64,000 nucleotides of DNA from an uncultured Candidatus Saccharibacteria bacterium (lineage in GTDB: Bacteria; Patescibacteriota; Minisyncoccia; Phycocordibacterales; DSPV01), in the NCBI GenBank assembly GCA_964617735.1, contig CAZTXT010000001.1, positions 395,589 through 459,588 on the forward strand. Reading direction: 5' to 3'. The notes under the pieces are model-generated. The model was not told the DNA's origin, did not search any database, and was given only the letters and a program-made list of their open reading frames with translations. Of this stretch, positions 9,097-18,464 are shown in pieces; the first letter of the stretch is position 1; the number at the start of each line of letters is the position of its first letter. Both the position numbers and the translations under genes were made by a program.

Positions 9097-10013
9097 ACTT
9101 TCACTTCCTTTCTGCCCGCCTCTATCGCAGGATTTTCTTGAGCACATCGGTACTGATTGATGAGGTTGCGGAGCTTCTCGGTTTCGCGACGAGCCGCTTG
9201 CGCGAAGTCCACGCCTTTCGAGGCGAAGATGATTCCGCGCGAGGAATTGATGATGAAACCAGCGCCGCGGCTGTCCTTGCCTGCCGTTACGGACATCTGC
9301 ACGTCGCCGCCCTGTGCGCCGATGCCTGGAATGAGAATCGGCATATCGCCGACGAGTCCGCGAACTTCGCGCAGTTCTTGAGGATACGTCGCACCGATGA
9401 CAAGCGCGCAGTTGCCATGCTTGTTCCATTTGTCCGCAACACGGCGCGCGACGAAACGATAGAGTGGCTCAAATCCTGATTGGGTTGACGCTGTAGGCAC
9501 TTGCAAGTCCTGAAACTCGCCTGCGCCCGGATTGGATGTTCGACAAAGTACGATGATGCCCTTGTTGGCTTGCGCGAGAAACGGCTGGAGCGCTTCGGCT
9601 CCGAGATACGGATGAACCGTGATCGCGTCCGCACCAAGATTGTCAAACGCGAATTGTATGTAACCGGCATTGGTATTTCCAATGTCGCCGCGCTTGGCAT
9701 CGAGAATTACCGGAACATTTGGCGCAATGGTGTGAATACCTGTGCTGGTTTGATGCAGGGCCGTGATGCCCTCTGCACCGTGGGCCTCGTAAAACGCGAC
9801 GTTCAGCTTGTAAGCGCACACGAGGTCTCTGGTCGCTTCAACGATTGATTGGTTGAAGTCAACGATAGTGTTTGCAGTTACGTAAACGTGACGATCGTGG
9901 TTTCTTTGCACTGAAACGGGAATCTTGCCGAACTCGCTGTCGAGCCCGACACAGACGAAGTTTCCTTTGGCCCATTGGGCTTCCAGCATTTGCCTGAAGT
10001 TTCGGTCGTTCAT
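9093..10013 (-). CDS. pyrF: Orotidine-5'-phosphate decarboxylase
   Basis: CVGLD, ILDAKRGDIGNT, CRTSNPG, IPGIGAQGG and INSSRGI motifs. Confidence 0.95.
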   Translation of the reverse strand: MNDRNFRQMLEAQWAKGNFVCVGLDSEFGKIPVSVQRNHDRHVYVTANTIVDFNQSIVEATRDLVCAYKLNVAFYEAHGAEGITALHQTSTGIHTIAPNVPVILDAKRGDIGNTNAGYIQFAFDNLGADAITVHPYLGAEALQPFLAQANKGIIVLCRTSNPGAGEFQDLQVPTASTQSGFEPLYRFVARRVADKWNKHGNCALVIGATYPQELREVRGLVGDMPILIPGIGAQGGDVQMSVTAGKDSRGAGFIINSSRGIIFASKGVDFAQAARRETEKLRNLINQYRCAQENPAIEAGRKEVKV

Positions 10014-10125
10014 ACGTATGGTTCTCCTCTCTTTAGGTTGGGAATGTGCGATTTAGACCCGACAATCGGGTCTAATACCAAAACCACCTTAGCTAAAATG
10101 TCAGAAAAATCAAGGCAACTCGTTT

Positions 10126-10362
10126 TGCCCGGGGTGGGAATCGAACCCACACGCCTTTCGGCCGCCGATTTTTCAGTCGACTATGACCCCGCACAATTGG
10201 TGGGCGAGGAGGGGATCGAACCCTCATCCCATTCGGGACACGATTTTAAGTCGTGCGCGTATACCAGTTCCGCCACTCGCCCACCAATTGCAAAGGGTTA
10301 CCTATACCAGTTTACCCGTTCAAATTTACTCAATAAATTTGTTCGGGTTCCGTCACCCGGGC
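10126..10362 (-). other. Interrupted class II tRNA-like shell enclosing tRNA-Leu(TAA)
   Basis: 5' piece GCCCGGGTGACGGAA (10348-10362), D-loop remainder CTGGTATAGGTA (10299-10310), 3' half with anticodon arm, V-arm, T-arm and CCCGGGC-A (10126-10181). Confidence 0.75.
10198..10282 (-). tRNA. tRNA-Leu(TAA), CCA encoded
   Basis: GGGCGAG/CTCGCCC acceptor, CACGA-CTTAAAA-TCGTG anticodon arm, long V-arm, GAGGG-TTCGATC-CCCTC T-arm. Confidence 0.95.
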
Positions 10363-10431
10363 GCGGTATTACTCTAGCACTTTTTTCTAGGGTAAAAAAC
10401 GAGCCCCTCGCAATTGAGGGGCTTGCCGATT

Positions 10432-10614
10432 TCACTCATCAACAGGATTTTGTAATGCTTCCTTGAGTTTCGGCTCTGATGCCGCGATGGGTCCGTCGAT
10501 GATGTTGCGTATAGCTTCAGCTTCGATCGGCTCATTGTCGCGGCAGTGCATCGCAAAGATTCCGAATTCGTTTGGAGGAACCGGATGAGTACAACGGGCC
10601 AGGATATTTTTCAT
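10432..10614 (-). CDS. Small hypothetical protein
   Basis: 60 aa ORF with AGAAAGGAG SD and a hairpin terminator at about 10402-10423. Confidence 0.55.
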   Translation of the reverse strand: MKNILARCTHPVPPNEFGIFAMHCRDNEPIEAEAIRNIIDGPIAASEPKLKEALQNPVDE

Positions 10615-10742
10615 AAGAACTCCTTTCTTGAGAGAAATAGTAGCATCCGGTTCAACCCACGTAAATCGTTGAGACAGGGAATTGGTCTGCCTTCGGCAGA
10701 GCTCAATCGGGTTTCGATCCCCGACGGAAGCTCCGCTTCCTA

Positions 10743-10856
10743 AGGCACGGAGGGGAATCTCGACTACCGTCGCGGGTACTTTTCAACCTCGCCGACTCGG
10801 TAATGAAAAGTCTTTCGATTCCCCCACGCTTGAGAATAAATTCTCGAGCTCGTATC
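10743..10856 (-). ncRNA. Structured 3' trailer of tRNA-Cys
   Basis: Antisense T-arm 10814-10824, hairpins 10778-10811 and 10761-10772, 17-bp direct copy of tRNA 3' end 10743-10759. Confidence 0.6.
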
Positions 10857-10931
10857 TGGAGGCACGGAGGGGAATCGAACCCCTGCATGGCGGTTTTGCA
10901 GACCGCAGCGTTACCACTTCGCCACCGTGCC
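10857..10931 (-). tRNA. tRNA-Cys(GCA), CCA encoded
   Basis: GGCACGG/CCGTGCC acceptor, U73, GCGGT-CTGCAAA-ACCGC anticodon arm. Confidence 0.95.
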
Positions 10932-11027
10932 ATTTTCCAATCGAACCAACTACTGCGGCTTAATTCCTCTGGGAATCAGTTCGTATGGCAAAATACTACC
11001 TCATTTTCTAGGCCTGCAAAAGCAGGA

Positions 11028-11357
11028 TTACTGTTGCTCCGAGATCTCGTCGATTCGCTGACGATTCTTCTCGCCGCGGTCGATTTGGAAGCTAAGGAAG
11101 GGAATGCGGCCGATGCGTGCATGCTCGTCAATGAAGCTTCTCAATTCAGCCACACGGCCTTTCGCTGACTTGAGGCATTCAACCTCTTTTATCTCGGGAT
11201 AGGCGGTGAAGAAGATCGTCGCATTCGCTTTGTCTTCAGAGAGCTTCACCTGGGTGATCGTTATCAGCGCATCACCGATCGGCTCGCGCGCGAGATACTG
11301 TGCGGCGAGGCGCCCCACCAAGCTTTCCATACGATCATGTTTGCGTTCGTCCTTCAT
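11028..11357 (-). CDS. rbfA: Ribosome-binding factor A
   Basis: ITITQVKLSED, RIPFLSFQID and RIDEI motifs; directly follows infB. Confidence 0.85.
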   Translation of the reverse strand: MKDERKHDRMESLVGRLAAQYLAREPIGDALITITQVKLSEDKANATIFFTAYPEIKEVECLKSAKGRVAELRSFIDEHARIGRIPFLSFQIDRGEKNRQRIDEISEQQ

Positions 11358-12856
11358 TATTTTAGGATGGTTTCGAAGGTGTGCATGCGGTCACCGGGTG
11401 CCGGTTCGATCTTCGATTCGATCTGTGCCCCAAATTCCTTGTCTTTGCCGACCTCATCCACTTTTGATTTAAGCTGTTGCAGGCTTTTTATCTTTCCCCG
11501 GCCGACCTCACTCCCGCGCCGCAAGATTTTGAAATCGCTCCCATTTTTGAGTAATCCCGCTTCCACTTTTGCGCCCACGACGAAACGTCCTTTTTCCGAG
11601 TTGAATAATTTCAATATCTTTGCCGTACCAGTCTCTTCTTCGACTTCGATGCGCGGTTTCCGTTTCTGGAGTTCTCCATCAATCCATTCGGTGAGCCGAT
11701 AGATGATGTCGAAGGTTACCACGGGGATTTTGAGCCGTTCAGCCAGCGCCTTTGCCGACGCGTCGATTTTGACGTTGAAGCCGATCACCAGTGGGGCTGT
11801 GGCGCCCGAAACGGTTTTGAGGTCGCTCTCGGAGATCGAGCCCACGCCTTCAACGAGCGTTTTTACCAATACGCCCTCGAGCTTTATCTTCTCGATTTCG
11901 TGTTTGATCGCATCAAGTACTCCCACCGTGTCGGCCTTGATGACGATCGGTACGATTGAAGTATTCTCCAAGGGCTCTGCTGCGACTAGAGCCGGCTTGC
12001 GCGTGCTTGCTTTAACCGCTAGCGTCTCGGCTTCTTTACGTGAGTTTACCGTAGCGAATCGAGACCCTACCGTTGGTAATTTGTTCCAGCCGATGATCCT
12101 TACGGGTGTTCCGGCATCAGCGGTTTTCAGCGATTTTCCGGTACTGTCTTCGATATTGCGTACCGGAGAAAAACTGTCCTGCGAGAGGGCGACGTCGCCG
12201 ATATGCAACGTCCCGTTCTTGATGATAAGGGTCGCAGTCGTCCCTTTTTTAGCATCCATATGCGCTTCGATGATGACACCTTCCGCTTTTTGGGTGGGAT
12301 CTGCCGTGAGCCCCTCGAGTTCAGCCATAAGGACCAGTATTTCAAGAAGCTCGGCGACCCCATCGCCTTTGAGCGCGGAGATCGGGGCAAAGGGAATGTC
12401 CCCGCCGTACCCTTCAACATAGACTTCATGCTCGGAAAGGCTCGCCTTTGTCCGCTCGATATCGGCGCTCGGCCGGTCCATCTTGTTTATCGCAACGACG
12501 AAGGGTATTTTCTTCGTGCGGATGATTTTGAGCGCTTCGAGCGTCTGGGGCTTCACGCCGTCTTCGCCGGAAATTACCACTATCGCAAGATCAGCTGCTG
12601 CTGCGGCGCGGGTGCGTATCGAGCCAAAAGCTTCATGGCCTGGTGTGTCAATGAACGTGAGGGGGTGCGCGACGCCATTCTTGTCCGTAAATATCGCCTG
12701 GTAAGCACCGATACGCTGGGTGATTCCGCCCACTTCTTTTTCTGTGGTATTGGTCCGTCTGATGTAGTCGAGCAGGGTCGATTTTCCATGGTCAATATGG
12801 CCCATCACGGCGATGACGGGAGGACGCTTGGTCTTTTTTTCTGCTGTTGGGGTCAT
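11357..12856 (-). CDS. infB: Translation initiation factor IF-2 (minimal, lacks N-terminal domains)
   Basis: RPPVIAVMGHIDHGKSTLLD, GGITQRIGAY, DTPGHEAF and NKMD motifs. Confidence 0.95.
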   Translation of the reverse strand: MTPTAEKKTKRPPVIAVMGHIDHGKSTLLDYIRRTNTTEKEVGGITQRIGAYQAIFTDKNGVAHPLTFIDTPGHEAFGSIRTRAAAAADLAIVVISGEDGVKPQTLEALKIIRTKKIPFVVAINKMDRPSADIERTKASLSEHEVYVEGYGGDIPFAPISALKGDGVAELLEILVLMAELEGLTADPTQKAEGVIIEAHMDAKKGTTATLIIKNGTLHIGDVALSQDSFSPVRNIEDSTGKSLKTADAGTPVRIIGWNKLPTVGSRFATVNSRKEAETLAVKASTRKPALVAAEPLENTSIVPIVIKADTVGVLDAIKHEIEKIKLEGVLVKTLVEGVGSISESDLKTVSGATAPLVIGFNVKIDASAKALAERLKIPVVTFDIIYRLTEWIDGELQKRKPRIEVEEETGTAKILKLFNSEKGRFVVGAKVEAGLLKNGSDFKILRRGSEVGRGKIKSLQQLKSKVDEVGKDKEFGAQIESKIEPAPGDRMHTFETILK

Positions 12857-13001
12857 GAAGAAGCAATGATACAACAAAAAACGTCTGTTTTCCATAGGCT
12901 CTTGGGCGCGATGCGCGGTAGCTCGGGAATACATACTTTGAACTTTTTGCGTTTTGAGCGTGCGCGATTTTCTTGCTTGACCGAATGCTCTCGCCTATAG
13001 T

Positions 13002-14189
13002 ATGCCCATGTCGAAACGCCGCATCTATTTGGATTTTGCAACCACGACACCGCTTGACCCTGCCGTTGCACGCGCCATGAAGCCGTATTGGTCGCGCAAG
13101 TTCGGCAATCCGAGCTCTCTTCATGCAGAGGGGGTGGAGGCGGGCCGCGCACTTGCGCGTGCACGGACTACAGTAGCGCGGGTGCTTCAGGCGCATCCCG
13201 ATGAGATCGTTTTTACCGGCAGCGGGACTGAAGCGAACAATCTTGCGATCAGCGGGTTGATTGCGGGAATGAAAGGGGATAAGAAGCCCCATATCGTCAC
13301 CAGCGTGATAGAACATTCCTCCGTTCTCAAACCGATACAGGCGCTTGAGGCGGCGGGAGTAGCCGAGGTCACTTATGTGCCGGTTACAGAGAAAGGACTC
13401 GTCGACCTCCGGGCTTTTATGAAGTCGCTCCGGAGCACGACAGTGTTTGTTTCGATCATGCTCGCGAACAATGAGATCGGCACTATACAGCCCGTTCGCA
13501 AAATCGCGAATCTGATCCGTGATTTTGCGCGAACCGCGAACCTTCAAACCCCGATACCGAGCCGAAAGAAGGGTGAGTTGTTCTTCCATGTGGATGCTTG
13601 CCAGGCGCCGAATTTTCTGGATGTAGATCAGGACCGCCTCCGCGCGGATCTCATCACGCTTGATGGACACAAACTCTACGGACCCAAAGGGGTCGGGGCT
13701 TTGTATGTAAGACGGGGTACACCGCTTTCGTCTGTATTGCTCGGCGGACCGCAGGAGCGCGGGTTGCGCGCAGGAACTGAAAATGTAGCGCTTGTGGTTG
13801 GATTTGCAGAAGCACTTAGACTCGCGTCGGCACGCCGCGGTGCTGAATCGAAACGCCTGCGCGTGCTCCGCGATCGTTTTTTCGACCGCATCCGCGAGCG
13901 TATTCCGAGTGCAGTGGTAAACGGCGATCGGCGGGAGCGATTGCCGAATAACGTCAATATCTCGATCCCGGGCCTCAACGCCGAGTTCGCCGTTCTTCAG
14001 TTGGATGCGGCGGGCGTCGCGTGCTCGAGCAAGAGCGCGTGCCTTCAGGACGAGCGTGCCTCCTATGTCATCAAAGCTCTCGGACGAAATGATGGTCTCG
14101 AAGCTAATGCGATCCGCTTTACGCTCGGACGCTCGACTACGGCAAAGGACGTCGACGATGCTCTCCAGGCCCTCGCAGCCATCGTCTAG
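13002..14189 (+). CDS. iscS: Cysteine desulfurase (IscS/NifS family)
   Basis: IYLDFATTTP, GNPSSLH, GHKLYGPKGVG and SSKSAC motifs. Confidence 0.85.
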   Translation: MPMSKRRIYLDFATTTPLDPAVARAMKPYWSRKFGNPSSLHAEGVEAGRALARARTTVARVLQAHPDEIVFTGSGTEANNLAISGLIAGMKGDKKPHIVTSVIEHSSVLKPIQALEAAGVAEVTYVPVTEKGLVDLRAFMKSLRSTTVFVSIMLANNEIGTIQPVRKIANLIRDFARTANLQTPIPSRKKGELFFHVDACQAPNFLDVDQDRLRADLITLDGHKLYGPKGVGALYVRRGTPLSSVLLGGPQERGLRAGTENVALVVGFAEALRLASARRGAESKRLRVLRDRFFDRIRERIPSAVVNGDRRERLPNNVNISIPGLNAEFAVLQLDAAGVACSSKSACLQDERASYVIKALGRNDGLEANAIRFTLGRSTTAKDVDDALQALAAIV

Positions 14190-14237
14190 ATTTCGCTTGC
14201 CTCCCTTCGTTCGTTTGGTATGATAGCCATACCACGC

Positions 14238-15089
14238 ATGGAAAATCTAACCAAACAGCAGATCGTTCTGGTGACGCTCTTAGTGAGCTTTGTTACCTCT
14301 ATCGCCACCGGCATCGTGACGGTAGCGCTCATGCAGCAAGCGCCGCCCGGCATGGTCCAGACGATCAACCGCGTCGTTGAGCGTACCGTAGAGAAGGTAG
14401 TCCAGACTCCAGCCCAGAATGCCGCAGTGGTCACGAAGGAAACCGTTGTGGTGAAAGAGGATGATCTGGTTGTTTCCGCGATAGACAAGAATTCACCGAG
14501 TCTCGTTCGTTTTATTTCCGACGGCGGTGATACCCGTTCGCCGACGCTCGCGTTAGGACTTGTGCTGACCAAAGACGGTCTGATCGCCGCGGATGCCCAG
14601 AGGGCAGAGCAGTACGGGCACTATGCCGTTCGGCTTGCCGATGACAAGATTTATCCCGTCGAGTTCGTGTACACCGACGCAGCTCGGACCGCGATATTTA
14701 GGATTCATCCCGCCGATGGCGAAAAGCTCTCCCTCAATATTCCCGTGCTCGCCGATTCCGATACGCTCAAGCTTGGACAGGCTGTTGTGTACATCGGAGG
14801 AGAAGACCGCGATACGGTTGAAACGGGACTTATCGCAAGCCTCAAGCGTGCCCCCTCTAAAGATTCACAGTCGACTACCACAGATCCCCTGACGGAGCCC
14901 ATCATAGAGATTTCAACAAGTATCAGGCCTCAAGAAAACAAAGGCGGTATCCTCGTCAATCTCTCCGGTGAAGTCGTCGGACTCCAAACATCGGCAAGCG
15001 AGGGGCTTTTCCTACCGAGCAATACCATTTCTGAAGCCCTCTCCGGCTATAGCGCGACGACCAAAACCGAACAATCCCCGCGTCCCTAA
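14238..15089 (+). CDS. Membrane-anchored trypsin-like (S1C/HtrA-like) protein with degenerate active site
   Basis: N-terminal TM; LADSDTLKLGQAV and GGILVNLSGEVVGL; catalytic His and Ser motifs replaced. Confidence 0.65.
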   Translation: MENLTKQQIVLVTLLVSFVTSIATGIVTVALMQQAPPGMVQTINRVVERTVEKVVQTPAQNAAVVTKETVVVKEDDLVVSAIDKNSPSLVRFISDGGDTRSPTLALGLVLTKDGLIAADAQRAEQYGHYAVRLADDKIYPVEFVYTDAARTAIFRIHPADGEKLSLNIPVLADSDTLKLGQAVVYIGGEDRDTVETGLIASLKRAPSKDSQSTTTDPLTEPIIEISTSIRPQENKGGILVNLSGEVVGLQTSASEGLFLPSNTISEALSGYSATTKTEQSPRP

Positions 15090-15178
15090 GCGTTTCGGCG
15101 TTCTGCTTGACGGGGAGGTACCCGTGCCTATATAAAGTAAGGTAATAAAGTAAGGTAGCAGATATTTCTTCTACACCT

Positions 15179-17860
15179 ATGCCCCCATTTCAAAATTTCA
15201 CTACAAAAGCAAAAGAAGCGATTCGCAGAGCGCACGAGCTTGCGATAGAGCGCGGCCAGAACCATGTGAATCCCCTACATCTTTTTATTGCCCTGATGCT
15301 GCAAGAGGACTCCATCATCGTGTCCTTGTTGGAAAAACTCGAAGTGGACACGATGCTTTTGACCGAATCCCTCATGGAATCCATCGAATCTCCGGAAGCC
15401 GCGCCGGTGCTTGCACCTTCCTATCAGGTATATCTAACCCCTGAACTTGCCCAGACCATCGAGTATTCTGCGAAAGTCGCCAACACTCTCAAAGACGAAT
15501 TTATCTCGGTCGAGCACCTTTTCTTGGCGATGTTCGAGATCCCGGGACAGGCCCGGGAGATGCTCGCCCGTTTCCGTATAGACAAAGCGGCCGTCCTTCG
15601 GGTGCTCGACGAGCTCCGCAATTCAAAGATCACCGATGTGAATCAGCCGAAGCGGTTCCGCGCGATCTCTAAGTACACCCGCAGCCTCACGCGTCTCGCG
15701 AGCGAAAATAAGCTCGACCCCGTCATCGGCCGCGATCAAGAGATCTCTCGCATTATCCAGATACTTTCACGCCGCACCAAGAACAATCCGATACTCATCG
15801 GTGAAGCAGGGGTTGGAAAGACCGCTATTGTCGAAGGTCTCGCCCAGCGTATCGCGTCGGGCGACGTTCCCGAATCGCTCAAAGACAAAGAGCTCGTTTC
15901 CCTCGATCTTGGCCTCTTGATCGCAGGGACGAAGTACCGCGGCGAATTCGAAGAGCGTCTCAAGAACATCATGAAAGAGATCGAGCGTGCCGAAGGGCGC
16001 TTTGTGCTCTTCATAGACGAGATACATACGATCGTGGGTGCGGGTGCCGCCGAAGGCTCGATGGACGCATCCAATATGTTGAAGCCTGCGCTTGCGCGCG
16101 GGGAGTTGCGCGCGGTCGGCGCCACGACGCTGAAGGAATATCAAAAGCATATTGAGAAAGATCCTGCACTGACGAGGCGTTTTCAGCCGGTTTTCGTCAG
16201 CGAGCCGTCAGTCGATGATGCGGTCACGATCATGCGCGGTCTTAAGGAGAAGTACGAGCTCTATCATGGCGTGCACATTGCCGATGATTCGATCGTCGCC
16301 GCCGTCAACTTAAGCTCACGCTACATCACCGACCGGTTCCTTCCCGATAAGGCGGTTGATCTCATCGACGAAGCCGCGTCGGCTCTCAAGATATCCCTGC
16401 AGAGCAAGCCTCCGGTTCTCGAGGAGACGCATCAGAAGATCACACGACTCGAGATCGAACACGAAGCGCTCAAAAAAGAGACGACGGGTTCCAAGAAAGC
16501 GAAAGACAGGGTAAAAAAGATCGAAAAGGAGGTCGCCGATCTGAAAGAAGAGATCAGCGAGATCGAATTGAAGTGGAAGAACGAGAAAGAAACCCTCTCG
16601 GAGATAAAAGATATCAAGAAAGATCTTGAGACGCTGCGCCTCGAGGCCGATTCTGCGGTCGCGCGCGCCGACCTCTCGAAGGCCGCGGAGATCCGGTACG
16701 GCAGGATACCGCATCTTGAAAAAGAGCTTGAAGCGAAGAATAAACGACTCAAGCGCCTGCAGGGAGCTCACCGGATGCTCAAGGAGGATATCACGGAGAA
16801 CGACATCGCGAACGTCGTTTCGCGCTGGACTGGCATACCCGTCAATCGAATGCTTGAAGGCGAAGCGACGAAGTTGGTTCGCATGGAAGAGGAGCTCAAA
16901 AAGCGCATCGTCGGACAGGATAGCGCGGTGCAAAAGATCGCCGACGCGGTAAAACGCTCGCGGGCGGGCATTTCAGACCCGAACCGTCCCATCGGCTCGT
17001 TCATGTTCCTCGGACCGACAGGGGTGGGTAAGACGGAGCTGACCAAAGCGCTCGCAGAATTCATGTTCAATGATGAGAAGGCGCTCATTCGCGTGGATAT
17101 GTCGGAATTCATGGAAAAGCATTCGGTTTCGAAATTGATCGGCGCTCCCCCCGGCTATGTCGGTTACGATGAAGGCGGCTCATTCACCGAGACGATCCGG
17201 CATCGACCCTATTCGGTGGTGCTTTTTGACGAAATAGAGAAAGCGCATCCGGAAGTTTTCAATGTGCTTCTGCAAATTCTCGACAATGGGCGCCTCACTG
17301 ATGCCAAGGGCCGCGTCGTCAATTTCAAAAACACTATGATCATTCTTACCTCAAACATCGGAGCGCAGTACATCGATAAAATGGAGCGCATCGGCTTTGC
17401 CGCCCAGGTTTCTGATCGCGCCAATTATGAAGAGGTGAAGGGCAAGGTGCTCGAGGCACTCAAGGATCATTTCCGCCCTGAATTCCTCAACCGTCTCGAT
17501 GAGATCATCGTATTCGATATTCTCGGTCCCGAGGCGATACGCAATATCGTTGATCTGCAGATCGCCTTGGTCCGCGAGCGGCTGGCCGCAAAGGAGATCA
17601 CGCTCGAACTCACCGACGACGTGCGCAACTATCTTGCCAAGGAAGGCTACAATCCGCAGTATGGCGCGCGTCCGCTCAGGCGACTTATCCAGACTAAACT
17701 CCTCAACCCAGTCGCGTCGCTGATGATATCGAAGGGGATACTGCGCGGTGGATCCATCACGGTGAGCATCAAGGACAAGGATCTCGCCTTCGACGTGAAG
17801 AAAGGACGTAAGGGTGCACTGATCGAGGAACAGCAAATCACTGAAGCGGTAAGGATCTAG
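15179..17860 (+). CDS. clpB: ATP-dependent chaperone ClpB
   Basis: Clp-N domain, two AAA+ modules ([16 protein letters not shown]), long M-domain with [10 protein letters not shown]. Confidence 0.9.
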   Translation: MPPFQNFTTKAKEAIRRAHELAIERGQNHVNPLHLFIALMLQEDSIIVSLLEKLEVDTMLLTESLMESIESPEAAPVLAPSYQVYLTPELAQTIEYSAKVANTLKDEFISVEHLFLAMFEIPGQAREMLARFRIDKAAVLRVLDELRNSKITDVNQPKRFRAISKYTRSLTRLASENKLDPVIGRDQEISRIIQILSRRTKNNPILIGEAGVGKTAIVEGLAQRIASGDVPESLKDKELVSLDLGLLIAGTKYRGEFEERLKNIMKEIERAEGRFVLFIDEIHTIVGAGAAEGSMDASNMLKPALARGELRAVGATTLKEYQKHIEKDPALTRRFQPVFVSEPSVDDAVTIMRGLKEKYELYHGVHIADDSIVAAVNLSSRYITDRFLPDKAVDLIDEAASALKISLQSKPPVLEETHQKITRLEIEHEALKKETTGSKKAKDRVKKIEKEVADLKEEISEIELKWKNEKETLSEIKDIKKDLETLRLEADSAVARADLSKAAEIRYGRIPHLEKELEAKNKRLKRLQGAHRMLKEDITENDIANVVSRWTGIPVNRMLEGEATKLVRMEEELKKRIVGQDSAVQKIADAVKRSRAGISDPNRPIGSFMFLGPTGVGKTELTKALAEFMFNDEKALIRVDMSEFMEKHSVSKLIGAPPGYVGYDEGGSFTETIRHRPYSVVLFDEIEKAHPEVFNVLLQILDNGRLTDAKGRVVNFKNTMIILTSNIGAQYIDKMERIGFAAQVSDRANYEEVKGKVLEALKDHFRPEFLNRLDEIIVFDILGPEAIRNIVDLQIALVRERLAAKEITLELTDDVRNYLAKEGYNPQYGARPLRRLIQTKLLNPVASLMISKGILRGGSITVSIKDKDLAFDVKKGRKGALIEEQQITEAVRI

Positions 17861-17880
17861 GCCCATTTTGCGGAGCGTAA

Positions 17881-17911
17881 AAAAGCCCGGAGCGCATGTC
17901 TCCGGGCTTTT
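17881..17911. terminator. Bidirectional terminator
   Basis: AAAAGCCCGGAG...CTCCGGGCTTTT between convergent genes. Confidence 0.75.
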
Positions 17912-17928
17912 GATCTCTGGTCCGCACC

Positions 17929-18246
17929 TTATAAAAATCTGCTGGTGTCGGTCAAGCGTTTGTCGTCGAGGTAGGTTACCTCAAGACTCAACCCCAAACC
18001 GTAGCAGAAGATTCCTATGATGAACATCAGATAACTCCAGGGAAATCCGACGAGTACTCCGAGGACTATAATCGCTGCGCCGCAGAAGCCAATGAGCGCA
18101 TAGGCCGCAAAACGCTTCGCGTCAGGGTCACCTGACTTGTGGCAATTGCGCCACCAAATGAGCGCGAGCAGGGGATAGAGTGCGAACGCGATGATGGTGA
18201 GGACCAGTTCAAAAAAATGACCGATCCCGCGGAATATTTTCTTCAT
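17929..18246 (-). CDS. Small hypothetical membrane protein
   Basis: Three TM helices; TTGACA promoter and GAAAGGA SD. Confidence 0.6.
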   Translation of the reverse strand: MKKIFRGIGHFFELVLTIIAFALYPLLALIWWRNCHKSGDPDAKRFAAYALIGFCGAAIIVLGVLVGFPWSYLMFIIGIFCYGLGLSLEVTYLDDKRLTDTSRFL

Positions 18247-18380
18247 AGTGGATCCTTTCGAAGAGCTGTTGGGCCTCTTGATGAGACGTTTTACTTTATG
18301 TTAATCGTGGTGGCCTTACTGTCAACGGAGCTCTGTTGATAGAAAATCATAATTTGCTACACTGGGTGGGCAAAAATGAC

Positions 18381-18464
18381 GCGCAGGTGGCAGAGTGGTC
18401 AATTGCAACAGACTGTAAATCTGTCGCCCATTGGGCTACGAAGGTTCGAATCCTTCCCTGCGCA
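18381..18464 (+). tRNA. tRNA-Tyr(GTA)
   Basis: GCGCAGG/CCTGCGC acceptor, ACAGA-CTGTAAA-TCTGT anticodon arm, long V-arm. Confidence 0.95.

Noticed and set aside
8467-9429. N-terminally extended PyrE from the ORF track (similar extensions for infB, dprA, FtsQ-like, Clp-like, YdeI)
   Set aside because: The extensions overlap upstream genes or promoters; family homology begins at the internal ATGs used in the feature list.
10182-10347. Group I or group II intron as the explanation for the tRNA shell inserts
   Set aside because: The inserts are far too short once the inner tRNA is excluded and lack P7 or domain V motifs.
9975-10466. ORFs spanning tRNA loci (also 6047..6232, 7437..7706, 10682..10963, 18336..18671, 37972..38317)
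   Set aside because: Translations of tRNA and structured RNA sequence with no protein-like signal.
12203-13670. Long antisense ORFs opposite infB and iscS (also opposite clpB, parB, serS, the Clp paralog and DUF4382)
   Set aside because: Shadow frames of strongly supported genes in moderately GC-rich DNA.
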